This document shows positions 24,501 to 38,310 of a DNA stretch of 64,000 nucleotides, piece after piece; the stretch's first letter is position 1; each line of letters opens with the position of its first letter. Under the pieces are notes generated by a model. The model did not search any database. It worked only from the letters and a program-made list of their open reading frames with translations, and was not told the origin of the DNA. Made by a program: the position numbers and the translations under genes. Source of the stretch: Phoronis australis (taxonomy: Eukaryota > Animalia > Phoronida); the NCBI GenBank assembly GCA_002633005.1, contig NMRA01000015.1, forward strand, positions 194,054 through 258,053, read 5' to 3'.

Positions 24501-27500
24501 GCGTGTTCGGTAAATCTTTCCCTCATTTGGTTGTCGGAGAGCAGAGTAATCCTAACATGTTCATGATCAAGCTGGAACAGCTTATCATTGTGACAGCACT
24601 GTCTGAGCTCCTTGCTTACTGCTCAACCCTTTGATAGTTCAGTTACTAACAACTGTGATATTTTGACAATTCACATTTCTATCAACAAAATTTCATAGGA
24701 CGAGTTCTTATCAAATCAAGCTCTCTGTACGATCTATGGTTTCAGATGCAACAGATGTCTTGCCAAATCTCGCCTCATCATTTTCTTTAAGTTTTTGATC
24801 ATTCTGTCATGCATTGGAGTTCACACAGAGTGTTTGCTTGTGGCTATAAATTAAACAAGTTAGAAGTAGAATCAGTAACATGGACAGAGAATTGTTACAT
24901 TGCCTCATAACCAAAAGTTTTAAAAACATGATGGGAAGGTCGCTACATCAAAAGAATACCCAAATCATAATCACCTGCATAACTAAGGGAATCTGAAGAC
25001 TAAAAAATGCACATGACCTTTCTGCACTACATGATCTTTCAACACTGTCTTTGGTTGCATTTCAGAGGTCATAACTGAGCTGGACATTGCCTTCCTCTGT
25101 TGGAAGTATGGATATCTCTATTCATTTGTTAAAATAGGCAAGTTTGTACAGAGGACCATTGTTTTTTGTTCAAGTGTTCCACATATAGGTGCAGCTGGCT
25201 ATCCCTCTTAAACTGGGTGTTTTAAGTGTTTTTGTCCAATTCTTACTTTTCATGCAATTGTTCCTGTTGAGCTGAATACACGTCATTTTGTAATGAATAA
25301 ATTACATTTACCTCCAACAATGCTGAAAAATTTTTCTCCTAGGTTTTATTTAATGAATTTCACATATAGACGCAGGTTTACTTGACAGCATGAGGGCCTA
25401 AATGTACGCAAACGGTAAAACATACTAACTGTTCTGTGGTCATGCAAGCATTATAATAAATATTTATCATTACACTGAATATGCAGTCTAAGTGGTTGGT
25501 TTGTATGTGCCAATGACCAGATGAGTAAATCAATACCATGCAGTTACAAGAAGACCATTCTTTGTACCCAACACAAGACATTCCCAATGCAATACAGACA
25601 ACTCCATTACTTCCACAATGTTTTCTGTTTTTAGTCTTCTTCCATAAACTAATTAATCGCTCAGGTAAACATGTGATCACCTTATGTTCAAGACAAATTC
25701 AACAGCAATTTGTTCGTGTCAAAAACTTGCACTGACTTGTTATTCCAAACCAACTTTCTTCTCACACAAGCGTTGAAACTGTGGAACCACCAGTAATTGG
25801 AGATTACAGTTAATTCTTGAGTTTGCACAGTGAAAATTATTTTGCTCGAAATCAGAGCTTGTACCAAACTTAGAACTGGTCAATAATGGTCGTCCCAAAT
25901 TCAAATTCCAGAATTGAGGTCAATGGCAAATAGTAACGCATGAAAATGACGTACTCTTAACTATTTTGACAACTTTAACAACGAACAAGTCTATAATCAG
26001 CCCTTGTTGATACAAAACGCAGTGTCTAATATTTGAGATATATATTCACTGCCAAAACTGCTCATATTTGAGATGCATATTCAGTGCCAAAACTGCTCAT
26101 AATTGAGATTCAGTGCCAAAACTGCTCACATGTCCAATCTTCAAAAATCAAGAATATTCAATTTCGGCTTGAATTGTGGTGTCCCTAAATTTAGAAACTG
26201 TCCCAGAAAACTAGAATTTTTACCTATGTTGGAAGTCTGCGCTAATGAATGAATGGCACAAATGAGACATTCTCTTCCTCAATCCTTACTTAATTGAAGC
26301 TACAAACTAAGAGTTCCGTCAAAACTAACTTTTGATTCAGACCCCTTACTGTTATAAAATTGATCAAAATTATTCCTTTCTTACATTGGAAATGATTTTT
26401 GGGCATGCAGAAAACTGACAATATGTAAAATCTCACCAAATTCGGATAAAACTGATAACCAACATTGCCTATTTTATATTCTTCAAAACTTCTATAACTG
26501 TTGTGAATGTCCATATTAATTTTTCAAAGCATTGACTGATGGTAATAATGTCACAGAACTTAAAAGCAGTGGAGCATTTGATGAAACTTTATTTAAGCTT
26601 TTAAAGAAAAAGTAAGAAATTTAACTTGTCCACCAGGTGTCACCCTATATTAGTGAAATTTTCAAGTTGAAAATGGCAGAAAACTAGTTTTGCAGGACTT
26701 AGAAATGGATTTGAATGTAAATGCTCCAGTCACTGAATTACAGGTGCACAGGCCACAAGATTTTTCAGCAGTCGTCACTGGATTAAGGTGACCAACCAAA
26801 GTATTGCCGAGTTCACACACTACACCACAGTGTAGAAGACTGAAGTTTATATAATTAGAGGAATATACGAAAGGATGAGAAAAATGAATTCAAATCAATT
26901 TCTGAAAGTACAGACACATTCAGATGCACATAGAATCCAATAATTATGTAACATCATCATGAAAAATTAACAAAACTAGAAGCAGATGTTATCTTACAGC
27001 ACTACGAGATCCTTATTTTTTAAGGCTAATGACTGTGTAGTTTTATAACAAATGGTAACCATAGTAACAGACTTGAGTGGCTGAAATGTGTAACATGAAC
27101 CAATGCAACACCGCAACAAAGTCTCGAAATTTACTCAAACTTATTCACAAAAACGTACAACACAAATATAGATCAACGTAACAACATGGCACTGGTGAAT
27201 AGTGAATCGCTAAAAGCATTCAACCGCATCTTTAAAGGAGCATTTCACCACTGCGTAGCTGTCAATGTTGAGTTCTTAACCAAAGCACCTTGGGGCTTGA
27301 AAACATTACCACGCTCATACCATCTTGAATTGGTGCACAATTATCTTCCAAATGTCAAGTAATTCATACACGGGCCATTTTCAAATTTTTAGAATTGGCC
27401 AACCCCAATAATCTCGTGTTTTCTAGAGTCGCTGATGGGTTTGATGTTTTTGTTGGTAATGGAAATAGAACGCTACAGTATCAGGGTAAGAAAATTACAA

Positions 27501-28465
27501 GACCAATTTTAAGACACTATAAGGCCAGCTAAACAAGGTGACATGCACCCTTAAAATCTTCCAAGTTACATAATCTCACTTTATTTTCAGGAAGCATCTA
27601 ATGTTATAGGTTTTTGTAATATTACTTCAACTCTGGTAATTATATTTTCACTGTCAAGTTGGGCCTAGATAGACCATTACACACCGTTGAAAAAAAACAC
27701 TACTTTAAACAACCATTATGGGCGTAGTGAACTTCAGCCAGTATGTACAATACTCAAAACTAGGAAATAGCCTCTGTTAAGATCAATGCCAAACTTCGAA
27801 TAATTTAGAATTCACTACCAACCGGTAAGACACAAAAACATTTTATTTGTTTTATCTGTAATAAATTGCATCCCCCTCAGATTGATAATCCAGTATACCT
27901 TGTGCACATTATGAACAATCACATAATCATGTGACTGAACTGTAGAAATAGTTACGAGAAATCACAGAATACGAGCATACAGTTCGAAACCAAAGAATTA
28001 ATAAACAACATAACATGTAATTTCGTGTCATCGGGTTATTAAACAGAACTTGTCATCCAAATCACAAGTTATGGAAAAATGAGGACACAAGTCTATACGT
28101 AGGATTTTGCTGAAATGATGAGTGATGACTCATCAAACCTGCTGTATGTGGACTGATGAGTGATGACTCATCACATCTGTTGTATATGGAATGATGAGTG
28201 ATGACTCATCTGACCTACGTGAAATTAGTAAACAAAATGGTTGGCATGCAGTGTACATTGCATAAAATGGACAAGTTTCGTCACCAACATACAATGACAT
28301 TACTTGATCACAGCCTAATAAAATAACATATAGAACAGACAAAAGGCTGTGACAAGAGGAAACATATGCTACAACACAAATAGAACAGACAATGCCGACT
28401 GATAAAAAGCAAACATTTTAACAAAATTTACCCGGGGCACAATTCCACAATACTACCAATAAACT

Positions 28466-29748
28466 AAACAAGAGCAACGCAGAGCATTGAAATGCGCCCA
28501 CGAATGCACTGCAAACGGTGTGCTTCTAGGCTGTTGATTTGTATAATAAAAATGGGCTCTAGATAGTGCAAAATATTTCGAAACCATGAAAAAACTGGAA
28601 AATGTCACAGCTTTTTAACAGAAAGCTATTTACCACAAATTAAGAAAATTCATCACGAAACTTTAGCAAAACAGAAAAAATGAAATTGCTACTAAGGGAC
28701 AAAGATTAATCGGATCTGTCTGAAAGTTGTCGTCTTCTGTTGTCAACGTCACATACCCAATACACTTGCTAAATTTAATAGACATTCTGCAGAGAACTTA
28801 GTAGATACAGCCATGGGTGCAAAAACAAACAAAACAGCCACTAGGAGGTGCCACAGCAGTCGTCGGAGAATCATTGTCAACCATCCTCTTCATAGTGAGA
28901 ACATACTGCCAATTTTCACAATCCTCCTTTAAGTGGTTCGGTTGATGGAGGGACGGATGCCCAACAAAAACTCGGAAACAGTAAAAATGACCACTAGGTG
29001 ACGCAAAATACCTTGAATCCATCCGAAAACATTAATAGATGCCTATGTGCCAAATTTTACAGAGGACCTTAGAAGATACAGAGGTAAACGTAAAAAAATA
29101 AAATTGCCACCAGGGGACACACCTGCAGTCAGATAGTTCCGAAAGTTGTAGTCATCCGTTTTCAACTTTATATAAACACATTTGCAACGTTTAATCAAGA
29201 TCTTGTAGAGCGCATAGGAGATACAGCCATGGGCGCAAAAACAAACAAAACTGCCACTAGGAGCCGCCACAGTATTCAAAGTCGTCAGTAAATCATCGTC
29301 AACCATCCTCTTTATGGTAAGAACATACATGCCAATTTTCGCTATCATCCTTAGAATTTTTTGGTTGACAGAGGGGCGGATGCCAAAAACATGGACTCGA
29401 AAATAGTAAAAATGGCCACTAGATGGCGCAAAATGCATCGAATCCATCCGAAAACGGGCGGATAGCGTCACCTCATTAATAGATGCCTATGTGCCAAATT
29501 TCATGAAAATCGGTTGAGGACCTTTAAAGATACAGACTGAGGTAAATGTAAAAAACTGAAATTGTCACTAGGGGGCACAGGGGTATTCAGGTCCGTCCAA
29601 AACTCGTCGCCCTCTGTCGTCAACCTCATAGGAATACACCTGCCAAATTTCAATAAGATCTTGCAAGGGGTTTAGAAGATACAGTTGCGAATGCCCAGAC
29701 AGAGATGACGGCAATATGCACCCACATATAGATATGTGGGCGCATAAA
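28466..29748. mobile_element. Non-autonomous interspersed repeat (AAACAAGAGC start, subterminal IR ATGCGCCCAC/GTGGGCGCAT, 3' hairpin, internal subrepeats with CCACTAGRKGG motifs)
   Basis: Internal tandem modules (TGCCAAATTT.., GATACAGCCATGGG); hairpin CCCACATAT-AG-ATATGTGGG at 29721-29740; related copies at 31661 and ~59200. Confidence 0.75.
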
Positions 29749-30327
29749 GACATTGATTTGCCTTTGTCAATAGAGCATTTCTGAGCCTAATTATATCAAA
29801 ATCAATGTTAACCTGGACAGAAATCTGGTGAAAATTGTACCCCGAGTAGACAAACACAACGATTAAGTATATTGCAACAATGGCTGGTAAGAACATGCAC
29901 CTTCAAAACCACCATCATGGCATCTACAGCTGAGCAACAATATGTGGTCGGCTATCAAGTTCTGGTTCATTGCACAACAGTTCTCTAGCTGCAAACAACA
30001 GACCACACCTCAACAATATGATGGCATTTCTTCAATTTTGCACAGCAATAATTTCTGAAAGTCATTTTTTCTACTTGCCAAAGATTTTCATCATGCCTAA
30101 ATTGCTCAAAATGATGATGTGTTTGTTATGATGAGTGTGTCACCATGATAACAGTGATATAAACATTTTGCTAAATCCGTTCATTTCGCACAAATAGTGT
30201 TTGAAATCGAAACACAACTTTACCAATCGGCAATACAATGCAGGAAGTAACAATTTTTCAAATGCAAACGCACTACTTTCTTTGCACTATGTGAATAACG
30301 TCTGCCAGCCCTTGAGGCAAACATGCC

Positions 30328-30998
30328 ACCATGGCAACCAGAACCAGCTCGCCCAATGCTTGTTGCATGGAAAACATGTCACTGTGCATCAGCATGTTGG
30401 TGAATCGCATTAACAGCACACTTCCAAGATGTGCAGACAACTTAGCCAATTATCTAAAGCATCCCAGCGATGAGCAGACTAAATGACCAAAAATGCCACA
30501 CAGTCGTAACAAGCATCCTTGACTTCCTAAAACAAGTTGATGCGTTTGGTGATGGGTTTTCGGCACATGTGACAGTTCTTGAGCGGAGTTACACATTCGC
30601 TACAGGCCGAGTGTCCACAGAGGAAGGCTACGTTCTTCTTCTTGTCCATACAGATGGAGCACNACCATGGCAACCAGAACCAGCTCGCCCAATGCTTGTT
30701 GCATGGAAAACATGTCACTGTGCATCAGCATGTTGGTGAATCGCATTAACAGTACACTTCCAAGATGTGCAGACAACTTAGCCAATTATCTAAAGCATCC
30801 CAGCGATGAGCAGACTAAATGACCAAAAATGCCACACAGTCGTAACAAGCATCCTCGACTTCCTAAAACAAGTTGATGCGTTTGGTGATGGGTTTTCGGC
30901 ACATGTGACAGTTCTTGAGCGGAGTTACACATTCGCTACAGGCCGAGTGTCCACAGAGGAAGGCTACGTTCTTCTTCTTGTCCATACAGATGGAGCAC
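30328..30998. other. 335-bp apparent duplication 30328-30662 / 30664-30998 joined by a single N (30663); duplicates the MIB2 C-terminus
   Basis: Few SNPs between copies; N at the junction. Confidence 0.9.
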
Positions 30999-31116
30999 AT
31001 GAAAGAGTCCTCCATTTCCTGCATACGTCGATAGATCTCATGCATTTGACTCTCAGTATTGCTCTCGGAGCTTGGCTGACGCAGCATCGTCACCGGCATA
31101 GCTAGTGGTGATCCGT
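30863..31116 (-). CDS. MIB2: MIB2 last exon (C-terminal RING finger)
   Basis: DGSPLAMP...MQEMEDSFMCSICMDKKKNVAFLCGHSACSECVTPLKNCHMCRKPITKRINLF*; acceptor cttgttgcag, phase 1. Confidence 0.96.
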
Positions 31117-31660
31117 CTGCAACAAGATGGGAGAAGAGATATGGTAATTCTCCACGTATTTCACACAAAATAAATTAAATATACTTTCCTGGTAGCCATG
31201 ATGTGCCCAATAAACTGAATATAGACTTCATAATTGACAAGTATGCGAAATTTACTGAGTAACCGAGCATAACAATGACAAGCGGCCTATGGGACACTAA
31301 CATGATCCAATTAACAGAGCATAACAATGACAAGTGGCCTGCAGAACACACATATGATCCAATTAATAGAGCATAACAACGACAAGTGGCCAATGGGACA
31401 CTAATATGATCCAATTAACAGTCAGTTGAAATTCAATTCACATATTCTGCTCTTCTGGGAGGTGAGGTAAGATTATTGATTGTACAATGGTGGTGCTGTG
31501 CGCACGACGGGCTTTGCCATCTTTTGTCCTTCAGAAGCGTCGGGGAGGGGTGAAATGTGACATCCAGCATCCATGGATATTTACCCAGCTTATCCCACTT
31601 CCTTGAATGGGCCCAAGGCATAGTAGCAATACTTTCCTGGCATGACTTTAAATATGATAT

Positions 31661-31985
31661 ACAAGAGCAACACGGAGCGTTGAAATGCTCCCACGAATGC
31701 ACCGCAAACTGTACTTCTAGGGATGTCTATTTGTATAATTAAAGTAGCCACTAGATGGTGCAAAATATGTCAAATCCATCCGAAAACGGGAACATGCCAT
31801 CGTTTCTTTAATAGCAAGCGATTTATCAATTTTCATAAAAATCCGTCATGAAACTTCAGAAAAACTGATAAAATTAAATTGTCACTAGGGGGCACAGCGT
31901 TTGTTGGGTCCACCTGAAAGTCATCATCGTCTATTCTCAACTTCATATAAATACACTAGCTAAATTTAGTAAAGATCCGACAGAG
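31661..31985. mobile_element. Truncated copy of the 28466 repeat family
   Basis: ACAAGAGCAACACGGAGCGTTGAAATGCTCCCACGAATGCAC aligns to the start of the 28466 element. Confidence 0.75.
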
Positions 31986-32552
31986 TGAAATGCACAGCTG
32001 ATGTGTGGTTTATATTTTGGCAACAGCTGTCACTGCTGCTACATATAGAAAAGCATGAAACGGGTGCAAACTCAAACATTTTATATGGATATATTCTTAT
32101 GGCACAATATAGTATTAAAATAATAACATTTATTTTGCTTTTGATGTTTTAAAAAAAGATGAAAAACACGAAACTACAGGTCTGAAACACCAGTTGGAGT
32201 TCACCAAGGTCGGTGTCCCTTAATAAAGTACTGAATAGCAGTAAGATATAAGACCACAGAAAACACTCTGGCAACCAAACACTGCTAATGATTGACAGGT
32301 CACCTAAATACTTTGGAAATAGTTTGAATATTGCAACATTTTACATTCATTGTATATTTCTTTCCCAGTTGAAAGGGCCAATTTCTTTCTGGAACAATAG
32401 CCAATCTTTCATTAACTGGGAGTCCTAGTAATCCTACAATGTGGGTGTCCAAATAAAGAAATTCTGATTGACAGTGGGCAGCCAAATGATACATTGGGTG
32501 TCCTTGGCAGGTTGTCCACATTAGTACGCTGCATGAAGGCCTGTTTATACTA

Positions 32553-33136
32553 CAGCGCTGGGCCCTAAGCTAAACGCCAAGATGCATTATTTTGGTGATC
32601 AGGTTGCCAAACAAAATCTGAGGTTCCCAAAGCTGAACATCTAAGGCGCCGAAATGAAATCTGATGTCTCGAAAAAAAGTCCAACGGCTATAACAATGCT
32701 CATTCTCCTGCGTTCCTCTAATTTCCCCTGTAAGTGCCCTACATATATGCGTACGTTCATTCTCTAACTCAATTCTCAATTCCTCCTGCTGGCGAATGAA
32801 CAGGGTATGCAGGCAATCGCATGGAGCGGTAGCGTCAATTTCACTGATCTTGCCTGATTTTTGTCGAACTATTCCGACTTCTGTGTTTAATTCCTGCAGT
32901 AATTTAAGGGTGGTGCCAACTGCATTGATTTCACGAAATAAATGGAACAATTGTGATTGAAAGCTAATAATCTAGGAAAAGTGTTAGTAATTTGAAGTTT
33001 AGAAGTCAACATGCACCTTGAAACGAATTTAGAGGGTATTATTGTCCGACTTAGATATTTGCACTGGCGACTTTGTGGTCACCGAACACAATCTGAGGTC
33101 GCATTAGCGACATGCAGGTCGCCAAATCAAGTGCTG
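32553..33136. mobile_element. Old hAT-like MITE (CAGCGCT...AGTGCTG) with GGTCGC subterminal repeats
   Basis: Ends resemble the 2449 and 8607 elements; flanks TACTA/TACTC (4/5 match). Confidence 0.5.
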
Positions 33137-35479
33137 TACTCATTAGGAAACCATCCCTATGGGAACTGAATTCAGTGAAGCATTAACAACCCACCACTAA
33201 GACAAGGCTGTCTATTCATAAGTCTTTTGTGCGAGTAACTAATGTAAATACAATTAAGTCAGTTTCAGCTCTGCTACTGTGTCACACAATCACGGCACTA
33301 CTTTAATGAAACAGGACTGGACAAATCCCACAGCCACCAACGGGTGGCGACAGAAAGTTTTTTGCATTGGTAAAGCGAGTGTCATTTTTATCATACATGC
33401 TCTCAACAGACAAGTTTATGTTTTCTCTTAGTCTCATGTCTTGAACAGCTTCCCGATGGTCAATACCATCACAATGTTTGTCTGAATTCGACGTCATTCA
33501 ATTGGTATATCCGTCAGTAAAACAACTGGAATTCTTGCAGAAACTGCACTTAATACGAGTCCGTGGTTTCGTGCATCACCTTGAATATATGATTAGGTAA
33601 AGTAAACAAACCGATCCACATGCCTTTCTACTTCCTTGGACGGGAAAGCAAGGCCTGTTGAAACCAATATTTCTAGAAAGATGTCAACTAGGTTGCCAAA
33701 CGTTTGCAAGTATGCCATATCCAATATTTTCAGGATTGTTCAAAACTCATTCTCATCTGTTGAGCACCATCTATCATTAATCTGAAGTTTGGAGTGAATT
33801 GTAAAAATGCCAATGTCCTATTTTATCAGCAAAAATCTAGTAGGCTTTAAAAGGTCCACCCTTGCTTCATTATCACCTCAATCTGGATATGGAAGTGGAA
33901 TACCTGTCATACCAGAAACAAAGGCCGAGTCAATGTCTATATGGAACATCTCTCAATTTGTAAAATAACCCTTAGACTGCCTTTGCAGTGCAGACGATGT
34001 GACAGAAACCAGACACGACCACTGGCTGTGCAAATCCCAGAATCACTCCCCTGAAACTGTCTACATCGCGCATAGCTGCCAAATTTTTTAACAGGGTAAC
34101 CACAAATATTGGATCACCCAACGAAACTCCTTATAAGAAAATGAGATGAGCTCAATTTCGATTGGCCATTGCCATTGAGAAATGCAACAAAAATAACCAA
34201 TAGTATCGTCTAAGTAAAAAATGCACAAGCAACAACCAATCAGAGTAGTCAAATGCATTTCCATTCAGGTTTGTTGATATTTCTAACACTGCAGCCGCAG
34301 TCTATTTCTTATTTCTGAAATGACTGATGACTTATCTATTCCAGAGAAGTAGCCGACGAGGCGATAATATTAAGAATGTAGCCGTCATTTCAAGCAACTT
34401 TTTGCCTGTCTTCTTTAATTCTGGTCGTCCCGTTGAACCAGTCTAAAATAAAATTCTGGCCGCCCTAACATGGGCAAGACGGCCGCTGTTTAAACCCCTG
34501 CGACCGCCCAGACACTCAACTCATCCAATGCTCGGATTTTTGTACCAATCTTCCGAAAACCATTCCCCCTCTGACTTCACTCAGAGCACATAGTACGCTT
34601 AGGCTGACAACGAATTCACGTTGTCGAATGTTTATGTAGGTCATCGAAGCACTACTGCACATAAATTAGTCCGCTCTATGTTAGATCCCATGAGAAGTTT
34701 TAGGTTACAGTTTCACTTCTAAATAAATCCAAAACAAACATCCACACACAATTGAAAAAATGAAGAATTGTATTACATTTTGTGAAGTTTGCTGAGGCTT
34801 ATATTTTTCGGGCGAAAGCGTGGTCAGGCCACTATTTGTTATGGTCACAGAATCACTCATACACCAGTAGCAAGAAAATTCGGAATATTAATATTTTTTT
34901 ATCTTAAATCATATAATGAAGAACTGAATCCCGATTCATTTCGAGAAAAAAATTCAATTCCCGAGTACAGTCAGTACTGTCAGGCCCATTTCACGCTTCA
35001 GTTACAACGATTACAGGGTAATATATGATGTTATCAGGAACAGTCAGGCCTGGCCAACACATACTAATGCGATTACATAAGCTGACGATCGAGCTTCGAT
35101 AAAAGGGCGATAGCGTTGGTTCCGTAATGAATAGTAATACTAGTAATATAATAAATGGGTAATGGCAGTATTTTTATTTTGTAGTTCAGACATTTTGAAA
35201 CTGTTTGATATCAACTGACATAAATTGTCTAATATTTCACTATTTTTAATCAATTTGTTTTATGTGATTGTCACAAATTACTGAATAACTGAAACAGAGC
35301 CAGACGTGAACAGCGTAATCCCAATATAACCTGGGTATGGAGGGGACACTAGTTTCTATTTCAGTCATTTTTGAAAACCTTGGAAGTGAACTATGTGAAT
35401 CAAGTCTTGTGGATTACAGTTACTTCAAGTCAAAGTCCCACGCTTCAACTTGACAGGGGTAAACAAAGGTTACGACTAG

Positions 35480-35588
35480 CGTCTACCTTGTACAATGAAG
35501 TAAACAGAGCTGTACCGTCTACCTTTTACAATGAAGAAAACAGAGCTGTACTGTCTACCATTTACAATGAAGTAAACAGAGCTGTACT
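35480..35588. repeat. 36-bp tandem repeat x3
   Basis: GTCTACCTTGTACAATGAAGTAAACAGAGCTGTACC repeated. Confidence 0.85.
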
Positions 35589-35804
35589 ATTTCACAACCA
35601 AAAAAGATTTCAATTCACATGCACTCTAGTCAGAGCCTGTGACTGTTTGATATTCCATGGTCAGAGCTTGTGACTGTTAAGCCAGCTAAACACAAGGACA
35701 TGAATTTTTGATAAGGTTAGCAACATAATTACATAGCAGCATTAACATGAATATATTAATCAGTCATGTTAATAATATTTAACTAGGCATAACACAACTC
35801 TTAC

Positions 35805-35983
35805 CTGGTTGCAGCTTTCTCTTGATTGGTTGCTGGCATTTGACACACTTTTTCATGCGCTTGCAGCAGTCCACACATGTGACCACATGACCGCAGGGTT
35901 CAAAGGTCACATTAGCTGCTTCCTCATTACAGACTAGACATTCATTGTGGATGATGTGGACGGGCTCACCTTTTGATTTTAGG
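35805..35983 (-). CDS. MIB2: MIB2 exon, first RING finger
   Basis: LKSKGEPVHIIHNECLVCNEEAANVTFEPCGHVVTCVDCCKRMKKCVKCQQPIKRKLQP; acceptor ccttcag, donor G|gtaaga. Confidence 0.95.
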
Positions 35984-36629
35984 CTGAAGGAAGTGAGAAG
36001 ACAGAAGTACTTCACTGCCACTACATGTACAGAGACTGAATATTAGAAAGTTTAACACAGTTTGCAAACCACAATCCGCTTGCTGGTTGGTTTTGCACTA
36101 AATTTCCCCATGTTTTGTTTTGAAACAACAAATTTTTATTGATTGTAACTTAGAGACATACACAAGTACAAAAATTTAGGTCACACAACACGAGTTCCAA
36201 CACGTTAATGGCTGAATGTGCAACAACCACGTGCTAATACTACATAACTACATATTTTGACATTAAAATAAAATAACGTGCCCACACATTATGTGTGAAT
36301 TACTATTTCTACTTAGCAGCAACCAAGGCCACATTTAGGGTAGTGTAGTTATTAGAATAGCGTTGCGCTCTTAACAGGTTGATTAATGTTGCAAAGGTAT
36401 TGACCAACATTGCCCAGATATTGACAAACTTTGACCAAATACTATTCAACGTAGCCTAGATATTGACCAATGTTGCCCAGATACAAAGGTTGGCAAGATA
36501 TTGACCACAATTACCAAAATATTGCCCAACATTGCCCAGACATCAAGCAAAGTCAACCAAAGTTTACCAGATTTTGACATACATTTCACCAATATTTCCG
36601 TAGAACTATCATGCAGCAACCATACTCAC

Positions 36630-36805
36630 TCTTCGCCAGCAAATTTCCGCAGACATTCCGTCAATCTGGCATCCGCGCTGATGTCCAGTGGGGTCTTGCC
36701 TTGGCGATTCTTGTGACTTAGGCTGGCCCCCTTCTGTACCAGGTAGCAGGCGACAGCTACACCAGGCTTGGACCTCAGGTCATCAGAGGTCAATGCAGCT
36801 TTGAC
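36630..36805 (-). CDS. MIB2: MIB2 exon, last ankyrin repeat
   Basis: VKAALTSDDLRSKPGVAVACYLVQKGASLSHKNRQGKTPLDISADARLTECLRKFAGE; acceptor tctacag, donor GA|gtgagt. Confidence 0.95.
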
Positions 36806-37569
36806 CTGTAGAGATGATAACTTACATAACAGCAGAATTTTCAACATTTTAGAGACACTCCGTCATTCTGTAAAGTGCAGTAAAATGTCCTCACTTGGAA
36901 AACAGTATGGCAGACAACTTAAATACTATGTTCTCACTGTTTCAAAAAAATGTGCAGTACCAAAATGATGCACTTCTATACAAAGGTTATCACGAAACAG
37001 TATTTCGAAAAATCTTGGTCATTCACAACAACATAATAGAACCTTGAAAAATGAAGAAAGTAATTTTCACAATTATTTTTCTTACCACAATAGTGGAGAT
37101 ACGTTAACAATTCAGCCATTTAGGGCATAATATGATGAGTATATGGACTTCCATTTCTCAAACTTCTCAATAATTTAAAAAAAAATGTTTCATCAACGAT
37201 TTGTACAATTTCTTGCATTTCAAGCAATGCAGTAAGCATTAAAATCAAAAGGATAGAACGGAAATTTTTAGAAATTATTTATTTTCAAAATTAACACAAA
37301 AGGGAAAAGCAACCATTTTTGTATCAGTCTTGGTTAAATTACAACAGTCTGGTTATCTTTAGATAATTTTCAAGTATAAGTTAAATTCCCCCGGGTTCTA
37401 ATTAATAATACATGGCCACTCCAGAAATGCAGCTTGAATCATTACACCATCACCTTTGTTTGTGCAACGATTCACTGAGGACATCTATTGATTGTACATT
37501 TACTTTCCAAATTATTTGCCTTTGACGAGTATTCTCAGACAATCCTAGCTCTTAGTGGCATTTAGCAAC

Positions 37570-38065
37570 TGTTCAATCTGCAGTAGACGGGAAATGGCAG
37601 GATTTGGCACCACAAAAAACACGAATTACATGCATGGTGCTTTCATGGTCGTTGTTAGCCTGGTGACTGTTCACACGCAACTATGAAACAAACCCCCATG
37701 AACTTGAGGCACGCAGTGGCTGATGCTTGCAACGCTTGGCATCACACACTCCAAGCAGGTGGTGACATAGCATAGAAGGGCAATGCTGACAGTATGGCAG
37801 CATTCTTCACAACATGTTGAACAAGTCAGGTAAATTCATGATGTCTTTGAATACCGGTATGTCTCTTTTGTAATCTGACCATAACAAATGTTTGTTGCAC
37901 ACATGAATAATCTTGCACTGCTTTAGATGTGGCAAGAACGGGTGACGCTGGATTCTAAATGTGAAGGAGCAAATGTCGACAGATCTTGTTATCTACTGGA
38001 AATCAGTGAAACAGAAGTGCAACACAATACGAGAGCTCATGATGCTTGCTGATACACAACACTCT
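37570..38065 (-). pseudogene. Degraded Kolobok-type THAP transposase relic
   Basis: LFH*FPVDNKICRHLLLHI*NPASPVLATSKAVQDY/HVCNKHLLWSDYKRDI aligns with PLHRFPMDDTLRRTWLVRVKNAALPVHATYKAVEN/RVCGKHFLPSDYERDL of the element at 51985-53926. Confidence 0.7.
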
Positions 38066-38310
38066 CAGAGTGAGAGAAAGGCAAATAACTCATGACTCTT
38101 GAGTAATCCTTCTGCAGGAATGGCTGAGCACACTCTTCAGTAGCCAGTCAGTCATATTTTATTAATTGTCGACTTTTTATAAATTGGTACTTTTTCTACA
38201 CAGAGCAAATGGGAGATGTCAGCCACAGGGGAGATTTGTATGCCTATAATGGATGACTGTGAAGCCCTTGAGTTATGGATGACTGTGAGACCTTGGTGCT
38301 ATGGATGGCT

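Noticed and set aside
30527-30662. Third RING finger, which would suggest MIB1
   Set aside because: It is a copy of the terminal exon after the stop, joined by an N; an assembly duplicate.
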